Source of the DNA: Desulfurococcales archaeon
GTDB lineage: Archaea > Thermoproteota > Thermoprotei_A > Sulfolobales > Desulfurococcaceae
DNA: 64,000 nucleotides
Direction of reading: 5' to 3'
NCBI GenBank assembly: GCA_027022365.1
Contig: JALVYU010000031.1
Coordinates: forward strand, 288,001 to 352,000
A program made the position numbers and the translations under genes. The notes below the pieces were generated by a model, which made no database searches, had not been told where the DNA came from, and saw nothing but the letters and a program-made list of their open reading frames with translations. Numbering within the stretch: the stretch's first letter is position 1; every line of letters starts with the position of its first letter. Below, one piece after another: positions 19,968 through 29,553 of this stretch.

Positions 19968-21113
19968 ATGATCAAGGGAGTAGTAGAGGGGTTCTACGGG
20001 CCTACATGGGACCTGCTCGACAGGCTCTCAATAATAGACCTACTGTCTTATCTCGAGATGAACACATACGTGTATGCGCCGAAATGGGATCCCTACCATA
20101 GGGAGAGGTGGAGGAGCCCCTACCCCGAAAACATCCTCCTCGAACTGGAAATACTCTCTGACCATGCCAGGAGGAGAAGAGTAGAACCAGTATACGCGTT
20201 ATCCCCGGGACTAGACATAGATTATTCGAGCAGAGAAGACCTAGGAGCACTACTGAGGAAATACCAGCAGGTAATGAATGCTGGCTACGACTCGATAGCG
20301 CTGCTCCTAGATGATATCCCCCCAGTACTGAGGGGTAAAGGCTATAAAACACTAGCAGAGGCCCAGGCAAGCTTGGCGAACAAAGTCTACAAGGAGCTAA
20401 AGCCGAAGATAATGATGTTATGTCCAACACACTATTGGGGATACCATGAAGACTACCTAAGGGAGCTCGGCGAGAAACTAGACCCCGAGGTAAAGATATT
20501 TTGGACAGGGCCCGGAATAGTATCCCGTAAAATAACGGTAGAAGGCGTCAAGAAATTCATCGAGATCACGGGTAGAAAGCCACTGATCTGGGATAACTAT
20601 CCGGTAAACGACTACTTCTTAGTAAAAGGCTACTATCGCCTACACCTAGGACCATACAAGGGCAGAGACCCCAAAATACTAGACATGGCCGAGGGGATCC
20701 TATTGAACCCGATGAACCAGGCAGAACTATCGAAAATCCCGATCCACACAGCGGGAATATTTCTACAAGACCCACAGCACTACAACCCCCTGCAGGCTTT
20801 AGAGGAAGCAATAACACACAACATAAACCCCGAGGCAAGAAGAGCCTTCAGAATCATAGTTATGCTACAACAATCAACGCCAATGGATCCCCAGGCAGAC
20901 CACAAGCCTAGACCCGAAGAAGCGGACACATTATTAAAAGCAGTGATGGAGCTACAGACAAAATTAACAAACAAGAAGATGCTACATGAACTAGCCTATT
21001 TACTACAAGGAGTACAACAACTAGTTCAAAGCCTCGAAGGAAAAGCGGAACCCCACCCAAGGATATTGCTGGCAGGAAAATACCTAGTTCAACTCATACC
21101 GGGGTATAAGTAA
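19968..21113 (+). CDS. GH84 beta-N-acetylglucosaminidase (O-GlcNAcase/hyaluronidase family), cytoplasmic
   Basis: GVVEGFYG, YVYAPKWDPYHR, catalytic LLLDDI, WTGP, IWDNYPVND, NPMNQ; no signal peptide. Confidence 0.92.
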   Translation: MIKGVVEGFYGPTWDLLDRLSIIDLLSYLEMNTYVYAPKWDPYHRERWRSPYPENILLELEILSDHARRRRVEPVYALSPGLDIDYSSREDLGALLRKYQQVMNAGYDSIALLLDDIPPVLRGKGYKTLAEAQASLANKVYKELKPKIMMLCPTHYWGYHEDYLRELGEKLDPEVKIFWTGPGIVSRKITVEGVKKFIEITGRKPLIWDNYPVNDYFLVKGYYRLHLGPYKGRDPKILDMAEGILLNPMNQAELSKIPIHTAGIFLQDPQHYNPLQALEEAITHNINPEARRAFRIIVMLQQSTPMDPQADHKPRPEEADTLLKAVMELQTKLTNKKMLHELAYLLQGVQQLVQSLEGKAEPHPRILLAGKYLVQLIPGYK

Positions 21114-21267
21114 TATGTAAGGATAAATGATCCTAACATGGTATAATTTTTCCCATTAAATCAGTATAAGATATCAGATGTTTATCTTCTTTACCTCCTC
21201 GAGCTGTTTTACGATATGATCTATTCTCTGTTCCTTGGTATAGTTGTGGATCTAACTACTTTTGTTT

Positions 21268-22173
21268 TCATAAAACCTTGCTATAGATCAAGTATTCCCT
21301 TATATCCGTGACTCCCGGTATCCATGCATAGAAGAACAGGTGTGTTGTCCATGGGATGATCGCGTACCGTATTCCTAGGAGTCTCATAGAGTCCAGTGTA
21401 TGTAGTAGGAGGATCTTTCCTAAGCCTCGGCCCCGGTATTTCTCGTCGACGCCTATTGGGCCGAACCTGTACCTGTGGCTTGCACTGTGTACGGCGAATC
21501 CAGCTATCCCGTTGTTTGTTTCAGCCACGTATATTCTGCCGTATTTTTTCTCTAGGGCTAGCTGGGCCTCTATACTCCATTGCAGCGAGAAGTTCTTCTC
21601 GATCCACTTGAATACGGGATCATTTCTGCTCGTCGATTCTCTGATCTCTACGTCATCTGTTCTAATCCTTATGTCTTGTCTCTCGATCCAGTATCGCTCT
21701 AGATCTACTGTGTAATCAACTGCTCTTGATACTATCTTGTAGCCTCGGTCTTTAAGCCGTTCTCGTAGCCTGTAGTTCCTAGAGTTTACCCCGGTGAGGA
21801 AGTACCAGGGAGCATACCCGTATATTCTGACGCCTCTTTTACCCTTTTTCTCCGCGAGCTCCTCGATATAGGATAGTAGTTTTTCGAAGCATTCTTCGGA
21901 GTCTTTATCGACGGCTAGCAGCTTGACCCATAAGTATTCGAGTGCTTGTCTAGGTGGTTTTAGGCCGGGCAGTGCTGCGGGCTCTGCATAGACGAGCAAC
22001 CCCTTAGTATCACCGTTTTCTATGCAGGCTATAATGTAGTCGGGTTTTGTGAATGGGTCTTTATGGATACATGTTTCTACGTGTTCATAGTCAATAAAGT
22101 CGTGGGGAAGGAGCTTGTTTGCCGTAGTGACTATCTCGTGGTCGTTTAACCCCTTGATGATCTTGATGGTCAT
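21268..22173 (-). CDS. Tandem-GNAT N-acetyltransferase (glucosamine/glucosaminide acetyltransferase-like)
   Basis: FGPIGVDEKYRGRGLGKILL...AIIPWT; N-terminal half carries PWYFLTGV. Confidence 0.8.
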   Translation of the reverse strand: MTIKIIKGLNDHEIVTTANKLLPHDFIDYEHVETCIHKDPFTKPDYIIACIENGDTKGLLVYAEPAALPGLKPPRQALEYLWVKLLAVDKDSEECFEKLLSYIEELAEKKGKRGVRIYGYAPWYFLTGVNSRNYRLRERLKDRGYKIVSRAVDYTVDLERYWIERQDIRIRTDDVEIRESTSRNDPVFKWIEKNFSLQWSIEAQLALEKKYGRIYVAETNNGIAGFAVHSASHRYRFGPIGVDEKYRGRGLGKILLLHTLDSMRLLGIRYAIIPWTTHLFFYAWIPGVTDIREYLIYSKVL

Positions 22174-22339
22174 ATTATCACATGGTTAATAGTAATTGCT
22201 AGAGGAATAATTGCTTTCGTATAATAGCACGGCTTAAAAGGGATTTGTACATTATAGATAGTAGTTTTCTATTAGAGTGGCTTCTAGAACAAATCAATAT
22301 TAATACGATGGTTCACAAAACATTACTCTGTATACTGCG

Positions 22340-22840
22340 GTGTATGTAGACTTGGCGACAACTTCGCCTCCCTCATCACCAGTAGTTCTCGGTAGGGTGT
22401 CTTGGTTCTACTATTATCCTATTGAGGGGATTGTTTATGATCTTAACTTCTCCGGAGATGTGGCTGTTCTTCATACCAATCATGGTGCTCTGAGATATAG
22501 ATATACAGGTATTTCTGTCAAGTACCTTAGAATTCCGGATCCGAGGATCACGAAGATCACTATGATTTTCACCGCAATAATGTTCGTAATTATCGCATTG
22601 ATCGTGCTCAGCTCCGTGAACACAGGCTTCGGACTATTATTCGGGTCAAGCCCATCTGGGTTCTTCCGGCTCTTCACTCTCCTCATCATCGTCTCAGCGA
22701 TATTCGCGGCTTTCACTCTCGTATCAGCTTGTAGATCTAAGCCCGTCCTCGCCCTAATCGATCATGCTGGTGTTGAGCATTATTATATCGTCGATTCTAA
22801 GAGCAGGGATAGAATTCTCCGTAATGTTGTCTCTCTGTAA
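22340..22840 (+). CDS. Hypothetical membrane protein (2 TM)
   Basis: 166-aa ORF filling the gap, two hydrophobic helices. Confidence 0.6.
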   Translation: MYVDLATTSPPSSPVVLGRVSWFYYYPIEGIVYDLNFSGDVAVLHTNHGALRYRYTGISVKYLRIPDPRITKITMIFTAIMFVIIALIVLSSVNTGFGLLFGSSPSGFFRLFTLLIIVSAIFAAFTLVSACRSKPVLALIDHAGVEHYYIVDSKSRDRILRNVVSL

Positions 22841-22963
22841 TAGTTTTTGTCGGTTAGATATGCTGATTGTTTTCTATAACGTTGTAACACTATTCAATTA
22901 TTCTTAACAGTTCAAGAAAAAATTGAAACATGACGTAAGGCTTAAATACTGTTATGGGACAAA

Positions 22964-24292
22964 ATGGTGGGTTTGAGGTGGTATTTTGCAGCGCCAATGG
23001 CGTTAAGAGCTAGTCAAGTCCCGGATTATCTCCCTTCCTCATGGTATAATATCCTCGCAGACCTGCCCGGAGAACTGCCCCCTATGAAGCTGCCCAACGG
23101 CCAAATAGTCGAGAAGCTCATGCTGGAAAAACTATTCGCTAAAACACTTGTCGAGCAGGAATATAGCCGCGAGAGATACATACAGATACCTGCCGAGCTA
23201 CGCAGCAAATATCTTGAGCTCGGAAGACCTACACCTCTTCTGCGCGCCAAGAACCTAGAAGAATACCTTGGGACACCAGCGATAATACTCTATAAGTATG
23301 AAGGAGTAACGCCAACTGGTAGCCACAAGATAAACACAGCTCTAGCCCAGGCCTATTATAATAAGCTCGAGGGGACAGAGACAATAGTGACAGAGACAGG
23401 GGCTGGGCAGTGGGGTTCAGCGCTTAGCCTCGCTGGGGCACTGACCGGAATACATGTCAGGGTGTACATGGTTAGAGTGAGCTACTATCAGAAGCCTTAC
23501 CGCGGAGTACTCATGAGAATATATGGTGCCGAGGTATATCCTAGCCCGAGCAACAGGACGAGCTTCGGACGCAAGCTCTTGGAGCAAAACCCTGAACACC
23601 CGGGTAGCCTAGGCATAGCAATTAGTGAAGCCATAGAAGACGTAGTGATGAGCGGCGGTAAGGCAAAATACTGTCTAGGTAGCGTGTTGAACCACGTCCT
23701 CCTCCACCAAACAGTAATAGGGCTCGAAGCCAAGAAGCAAGTGGAGGAACTAGGACTCTACCCCGACGTCGTCATAGGATGTGTCGGCGGGGGAAGCAAC
23801 TACGCGGGGCTCAGCTACCCTTTCATATATGATAGGCTGAAGGGATCAAGCGATACAAGGTTTATAGCAGCCGAGCCAAAGGCTGTTCCAAGCATGACCC
23901 GCGGAGAATACAGGTATGACTACGGAGATACGGCGGGCATGACCCCTATGATCAAGATGCATACTCTTGGCCACGAGTTCACGCCGCCACCGATCCACGC
24001 GGGAGGGCTACGGTACCACGGCGTAGCACCCACGCTCAGCGTACTCATAAATCACGGTGTAGTGGAGCCTGTAGCCTATGGTCAGAGGGAGGTGTTTGAG
24101 GCCGGAACATTGTTCGCCAAGCTCGAAGGAATAGTTCCTGCTCCGGAGAGCGCCCATGCAGTTAAAGCAGTGATTGAGGAGGCTCTGAGAGCCAAGGAAA
24201 GAGGTAGAAGAGAGGTAATATTATTCAATATGAGTGGGCACGGGCTACTCGATCTACAGGGATACATCGACTACTTAGAGGGAAGGATTTAG
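22964..24292 (+). CDS. trpB2: Tryptophan synthase beta chain type 2 (TrpB2), stand-alone
   Basis: [19 protein letters not shown] (PLP lysine), [28 protein letters not shown]. Confidence 0.95.
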   Translation: MVGLRWYFAAPMALRASQVPDYLPSSWYNILADLPGELPPMKLPNGQIVEKLMLEKLFAKTLVEQEYSRERYIQIPAELRSKYLELGRPTPLLRAKNLEEYLGTPAIILYKYEGVTPTGSHKINTALAQAYYNKLEGTETIVTETGAGQWGSALSLAGALTGIHVRVYMVRVSYYQKPYRGVLMRIYGAEVYPSPSNRTSFGRKLLEQNPEHPGSLGIAISEAIEDVVMSGGKAKYCLGSVLNHVLLHQTVIGLEAKKQVEELGLYPDVVIGCVGGGSNYAGLSYPFIYDRLKGSSDTRFIAAEPKAVPSMTRGEYRYDYGDTAGMTPMIKMHTLGHEFTPPPIHAGGLRYHGVAPTLSVLINHGVVEPVAYGQREVFEAGTLFAKLEGIVPAPESAHAVKAVIEEALRAKERGRREVILFNMSGHGLLDLQGYIDYLEGRI

Positions 24293-24355
24293 AACGAACA
24301 ATGAGCTACCATCCTTTTGATCGGAACAAACAATTAATTTTTCCTTTTTGCCTAA

Positions 24356-25306
24356 ATGGTACAATATGTTAAAAATATTTGTAGCGGTGCATGGTTCTTG
24401 GAGAAAACAGCAAGGTTATTCGAGATTATTTGTAGAGCTCTTCCCCAGCCATGCCGTGTAACCTACATGTCTAGCGCGAAAAACCCTTTCACAGCCAGTG
24501 TTTTCAGCCCAGCAGATGGCATCGTTGATTCGGATATAATCGTAATGGATGCCCAGATACTATATCATGACCTGCTCGTAAACGTCCTCCCAAGGACTGG
24601 TTCTGATACAATAGTGGCTATACCCAACATATTCGATCAGATGGTAAGGCTTCCAAAAATAATGCATACAGCCAGGACAAACTATTATGTTTCATCGATC
24701 CTATCGGTTGATAACGGCCTGCTCCTAATGATGAAGACCCGTATCCCCCGCGAGTTCCTCGAAGCGCTTGGGAGAGCCTACCGCGAAGCAATGCTAAGGG
24801 GGGCTCACCCGGTATCATATAATACAGGCAGGTTTCTCTACATGATCGCGAGGTTTATGGGGACAAGGAGGAAGACGTCGATACTTGAGATAGGCGCTGG
24901 AACAGGCTTCTCAACACTATGGCTAGGCCTGGCAGCACAGCACGCTGGTGCCAAGCTGGTATCCTATGAGAGGGATCCTGATCTCGCGGGGCTGGCTCGG
25001 GCACATATCGTATCTTCTAGTCTTCAGAAAAACATAGAACTACTATGCGGCGATGCAGCTAGAGGTATTAAGGAAAAAGACTACTACTTAGCGTTCATAG
25101 ATGGCGAGAAAACAGAGTATATAAAATATATCCAAATACTTGAGCCCCTCATGAACAACACGGTCATAATCTCCCACAACACGTTATCCCATCCCATAGA
25201 GCTAAGAGAATTCATCGAGAAGATCTATGGGAAAAACTATCTATCGCTTACACTCATGCCCGACAACGCAGGCCTTACAATATCGCTTTACCATATCAAC
25301 AAATAG
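24356..25306 (+). CDS. Class I SAM-dependent O-methyltransferase with N-terminal extension
   Basis: ILEIGAGTGFSTLWL, AFIDGEKTEY, ISHNTLSH. Confidence 0.8.
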   Translation: MVQYVKNICSGAWFLEKTARLFEIICRALPQPCRVTYMSSAKNPFTASVFSPADGIVDSDIIVMDAQILYHDLLVNVLPRTGSDTIVAIPNIFDQMVRLPKIMHTARTNYYVSSILSVDNGLLLMMKTRIPREFLEALGRAYREAMLRGAHPVSYNTGRFLYMIARFMGTRRKTSILEIGAGTGFSTLWLGLAAQHAGAKLVSYERDPDLAGLARAHIVSSSLQKNIELLCGDAARGIKEKDYYLAFIDGEKTEYIKYIQILEPLMNNTVIISHNTLSHPIELREFIEKIYGKNYLSLTLMPDNAGLTISLYHINK

Positions 25307-25499
25307 TCCCACTTGATAACGAAGTTTTATCATGGTCTAGAATATCTGTACCTTTTTATGTGGGTTAACAACAGCTATAATCGAAGCGATAATAGATTCC
25401 TAATTATACGCTGGGCCTGCACGACAATATATGAGTGGGAACACCTGCCCGGCAACATTTATTCAATCCTTCTAAGATAAGGCATTCATAGAGGATCAG

Positions 25500-26582
25500 G
25501 TGAGCCTCATGTTTAGAATCGGTGGAGAATATCTGGTTCGTTCAACGGATCCTGTTATCCTTGAACGGGCGCTTAGCGGCGGCGTAGCAACTGCGCTCAC
25601 GAAATATTTGCTCGAGAAAAGAATTGTGGACATGGCGCTCCTTATCAGATCTGATGGAATCACTGGTGGCAGGTTATTCTTTGCGCGCGACCCCGAGGAA
25701 GTAGTCGAGTCTGCTGGTAGTATTTGCTTATCCCCTATAAACATGGCCAAGGCTATACGGGACTACGTCTCAAGAGACGAGAAGGTCGCAATAACGGTTA
25801 AGCCGTGCGAAGAGAAAGCGATCGACTACTTGGTCAGAACAGGACGTGTTAGGAGGGAGAACCTCTTCCTTATAGGATTGAATTGCGGCGGGTTATTTGA
25901 CCCGCTAAGCCTTGAGAAGACCATGGAGGAGCTAAGCGTAGACCCCGACAAGATAACCGATATCAGGTATCATGACGACGCGATAGAGATAGTTATTGAT
26001 AACGATAAGTCCTTCAGGATAGACTATGTGAAAGGATATGAGAAGCTAGGGCAGAGAGACGCTTGTAAGAGATGCTTAGACCATACTCCCTCATTATCAG
26101 ACGTAGCTCTTGGATACTGGGGCGTACCGATCAGGACCGCCAAGTACACGTATACCATACCCTTGACCGAGCGTGGAAGGAGAGCATTGGAGGAGATGCT
26201 CTACAATGGCTATATCGAAGCGGTTCCAGCTCCGCCGAGCGCCGTGGAAGCTAGGAAGAGGATCATAGAGACTATTAGGAAGGCCAGCATGATCGCGAGG
26301 GAGAAACAATACGAGGTATTGGATAGGGCTGGCATAGCGATGTTTCTCCAGAAATGCCTAATGTGTATGGAGTGCTGGCACGCCTGCCCGATCAGGAGCG
26401 AGAAAGAAATCTATGCGTGGAAGAAGAAGCTCGACCCTGTATTGTGGCAGATCAGCGTGATCACGTACATGTACGACAAATGTGTCGGGTGCGGGGCCTG
26501 TGAGGACGCCTGCCCCGTCAAGATACCGTTTGCACTCATCATAGAGCGTCTACGCGACCTAAGAAGAGAGCTGGGTGTCTAG
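25500..26582 (+). CDS. fdhB: FrhB/FdhB-family (F420-type) formate dehydrogenase beta subunit
   Basis: SGGVATAL, TVKPCE, LIGLNCGG, RDACKRC, DVALGYWG and two C-terminal ferredoxin motifs. Confidence 0.85.
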   Translation: MSLMFRIGGEYLVRSTDPVILERALSGGVATALTKYLLEKRIVDMALLIRSDGITGGRLFFARDPEEVVESAGSICLSPINMAKAIRDYVSRDEKVAITVKPCEEKAIDYLVRTGRVRRENLFLIGLNCGGLFDPLSLEKTMEELSVDPDKITDIRYHDDAIEIVIDNDKSFRIDYVKGYEKLGQRDACKRCLDHTPSLSDVALGYWGVPIRTAKYTYTIPLTERGRRALEEMLYNGYIEAVPAPPSAVEARKRIIETIRKASMIAREKQYEVLDRAGIAMFLQKCLMCMECWHACPIRSEKEIYAWKKKLDPVLWQISVITYMYDKCVGCGACEDACPVKIPFALIIERLRDLRRELGV

Positions 26583-26584
26583 CC

Positions 26585-28690
26585 ATGGCGGGAGAGATAA
26601 GGCTTGGATATACTGTGTGCCCCTTCTGCGGAGCCGGCTGTGGATTCCATCTCGTTGTACGGGATGGGAGAGTAATCGGTGCTGAGAGAATATATGATCA
26701 CCCTGTCTCCGCCGGAGTACTATGTCCCAAGGGAGCATATGCGTGGAAGATCATAAATCACCCCGACAGGCTCACAACACCGCTGAAGCGGACCGAGAGG
26801 GGCTTCAGGCCAATAACATGGAGAGAAGCAATCAGAGAAATAGCAGAGGCTATGAGGAGGATAGCCAAAGACGATCCGGACAGAGCATACTTCCTGGCGA
26901 GCGCTAAGTGCACGAACGAGGAGAACTTCCTCCTACAGAAAATAGCGAGGACGATCATAGGGACCAACAACATAGATCACTGTGCAAGGCTATGCCACAG
27001 CCCGACCGTCGCCGCCCTGGCGCGCAGCCTTGGATCAGCGGCTATGACTAATCCTATAAACGATGTAGCGAACGCCAAGACACTGTTCATCATAGGCTAT
27101 AACCCTGCAGAGACCCATCCCGCCATATTCAGGTTCGTAGAGGACGCACGCAGGAAATACGCATCGGTACCCGCACGGAAGATCGCAATCGCGAGGTTCG
27201 GCCTAGGACTAGGAGAGACAGAGTTCAAAATGATAGTGGCCGATCCAAGGAAGACGATGACGGCCGTACAAGCCGATATTCATCTCCAGCAAAAGCCGGG
27301 AACAGATGCTGTATTGATAAACGCAATGATAAAAACAATCATAGATCACGGCCTCGTGGACAAAGAATTCGTAGAGAAGAGAACAACTGGCTACGAGAGA
27401 CTAGTTGAGAGCCTCAAAGACTTCGACCTAGATGAGGCCTCGAGGATTACGGGGGTGCCACGGAAACTCATAGAGGAAGCAGCAATAACATATGCGGTGA
27501 ACAAGCCCTCCACGATATACTACGGAATGGGGATAACCCAGCACAGGAACGGCACAGCCCTCGTCCAAGCCCTCGTAAACATGGCACTAATAACAGGAAA
27601 CATAGGCAGGCCAGGGGCAGGAATATGTCCTGCAAGGGGACAAGCCAACGTGCAGGGAGCATGTGATATGGCCGCACTACCTGACTTCTACCCAGGGTAC
27701 AGGAAGATAGCGCCGGAGAACGCCCGTGAACTCAGCCACATATGGGGCCTACCAGTACCGGTTGATGAGGGAATGTTTAGCACCGAGATGTGGAATGTAG
27801 CCTTGACGGGAGGCATAGACCTCCTGTACATAATGGGTGAAAACCCGCTGATCTCCGAGCCGGGATACTACCGTATAATGAGGGCGCTCAAAAGAATAGA
27901 TCTGGTCGTGGTGCAGGATATATTCCTCACCGAGACAGCCAGGCATGCAGACATAGTATTGCCAGCAGGGCTGTGGGCTGAGAAAACAGGCACAATGACA
28001 AACACGGAGAGAAGAGTACAGCTATTCGAGAAAATAGTTGACCCGCCCGGAGAGGCTAGGCCCGACCTAGACATCCTATTGGCACTACTCAAAGAGCTGG
28101 GGGCACCATTCAGATACGACGGGCCGGAACAAGTATTCGAGGACATCCGACGAACAATACCTACTTACCGCGGGATAACATACGAGAGGCTGAGAAAGAA
28201 GCGCTATGGCATACAGTGGCCGTGTCCCAACGAGAATCATCCGGGGACACCGATCCTCCATACCGAGAGGTTCCCGACACCCGACGGCAAGGCGAGGATC
28301 ACGCCTGTTAGGCCCGAGGTAACCGTTAAGACCACTGATGAATACCCGTTCATACTCATCAACGGCAGGCTCATAACACACTATAACACAGGGACAATGA
28401 CGAGACGCATAATGGAGCTCCTACTAAAGGATGATTCAAGCCTTCTATATATAAGCCCTGACGACGCGAGGAGCCTAGGAATATTAGACGGAGACATAGT
28501 AGAGCTCGAGACGCCCTACGGCAGAGAGAGGATAACAGTCAAGATAACGACGGAAGTACCAAAAGGCGTGCTATTCGTGCCGAACCACTTCATAGACCCG
28601 CCGGTAAACACGTTCGTCGGCGATATAATAGATCCTGTGTCGGGGATACCGGAGTATAAGGGGATACCGGCAAGAATTAACCTGATATAG
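26585..28690 (+). CDS. fdhA: Mo/W formate dehydrogenase alpha subunit (Cys-type)
   Basis: CPFCGAGC...CPKG, NNIDHCARLCHSPT, RGQANVQGACDM, HYNTGTMTRR, GIPEYK. Confidence 0.95.
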   Translation: MAGEIRLGYTVCPFCGAGCGFHLVVRDGRVIGAERIYDHPVSAGVLCPKGAYAWKIINHPDRLTTPLKRTERGFRPITWREAIREIAEAMRRIAKDDPDRAYFLASAKCTNEENFLLQKIARTIIGTNNIDHCARLCHSPTVAALARSLGSAAMTNPINDVANAKTLFIIGYNPAETHPAIFRFVEDARRKYASVPARKIAIARFGLGLGETEFKMIVADPRKTMTAVQADIHLQQKPGTDAVLINAMIKTIIDHGLVDKEFVEKRTTGYERLVESLKDFDLDEASRITGVPRKLIEEAAITYAVNKPSTIYYGMGITQHRNGTALVQALVNMALITGNIGRPGAGICPARGQANVQGACDMAALPDFYPGYRKIAPENARELSHIWGLPVPVDEGMFSTEMWNVALTGGIDLLYIMGENPLISEPGYYRIMRALKRIDLVVVQDIFLTETARHADIVLPAGLWAEKTGTMTNTERRVQLFEKIVDPPGEARPDLDILLALLKELGAPFRYDGPEQVFEDIRRTIPTYRGITYERLRKKRYGIQWPCPNENHPGTPILHTERFPTPDGKARITPVRPEVTVKTTDEYPFILINGRLITHYNTGTMTRRIMELLLKDDSSLLYISPDDARSLGILDGDIVELETPYGRERITVKITTEVPKGVLFVPNHFIDPPVNTFVGDIIDPVSGIPEYKGIPARINLI

Positions 28691-28724
28691 GCAGGCGTGA
28701 CAGTAGCGTTAAAAACAGTTTTTA

Positions 28725-29411
28725 TCATCTGTAACATGTTTTTATCCATTGAACGCACCTCAGGCAAGGATCAGGTTCTCCCGCCAGTACGCCGTCCTCG
28801 AAGCATCTAACGTCATCCCTGTTGTTGATATTATAGAGACTCAGTTTTACGAGGTCTGGATAATCATCGATCAATAAGATCTTAGCGCCGGGAACCAAGC
28901 GAACGGCCTGGGAAAGACTCCTGATCCCGCGTAGGTATAGTTTACGGAGATAGCTTTCGGCCCCCCTAGAATAGTATCCATGCAGTGGCTCGAGGAAACC
29001 ATTCCTCCATCCAGGCAAAACTATGGAGAACCCTTGCAGAGCGGTATTGAGGATCTCAGATACTAGTTCCATGCGTACACACGGCATATCCCCGCCGAAA
29101 ACCATTATCTGGTCGTAAAGCTCCAGTGCCTTCAGAATACCCGTGATAGGGCCTCCGAGCAGGTTATCAACGTGTATTTTCGAGGAAATCTTGGCCCGTG
29201 ATAGCTTCTCAGCATTCGTCTTAGAAGCGATAATGACTGGTTCTCTACCAAATATCTTCTCAACGTTCTCGCATGTATATTTTATCAATGGTTTTTCAGC
29301 TATTCTATAAAATAATTTGTCTCCGTCGAATCTCCTGGATGAACCACCTGCGAGAATAATTGGAATCAAGTCTTTAAATATATCATTTGTTATATCGTTA
29401 TCGTCTTCCAC
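28725..29411 (-). CDS. mobA: Molybdenum cofactor guanylyltransferase
   Basis: ILAGGSSRRFDGDK, GGPITGI, GDMPC, EPLHGYY, NINNRDD. Confidence 0.9.
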   Translation of the reverse strand: MEDDNDITNDIFKDLIPIILAGGSSRRFDGDKLFYRIAEKPLIKYTCENVEKIFGREPVIIASKTNAEKLSRAKISSKIHVDNLLGGPITGILKALELYDQIMVFGGDMPCVRMELVSEILNTALQGFSIVLPGWRNGFLEPLHGYYSRGAESYLRKLYLRGIRSLSQAVRLVPGAKILLIDDYPDLVKLSLYNINNRDDVRCFEDGVLAGEPDPCLRCVQWIKTCYR

Positions 29412-29553
29412 TGTCTTTCCCTATAAGAATTAGTACGAAAACCACGTATTAGGATAGGGGTTATTTAAAATTATGAAAGAGTGTTCACAAGATCCTGTAA
29501 CAAACACGTTCAATTCCAATAGCACATGATTACGAAAAAACCTTGTCCTCGTC

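Noticed and set aside
21114-21267. Short coding-like fragment (YTKEQRIDHIVKQLEEVKKINI) between GH84 and the GNAT
   Set aside because: No start codon and too short to assign
26960-27010. Possible selenocysteine in FdhA
   Set aside because: The active-site codon is TGC (Cys) and there is no in-frame TGA
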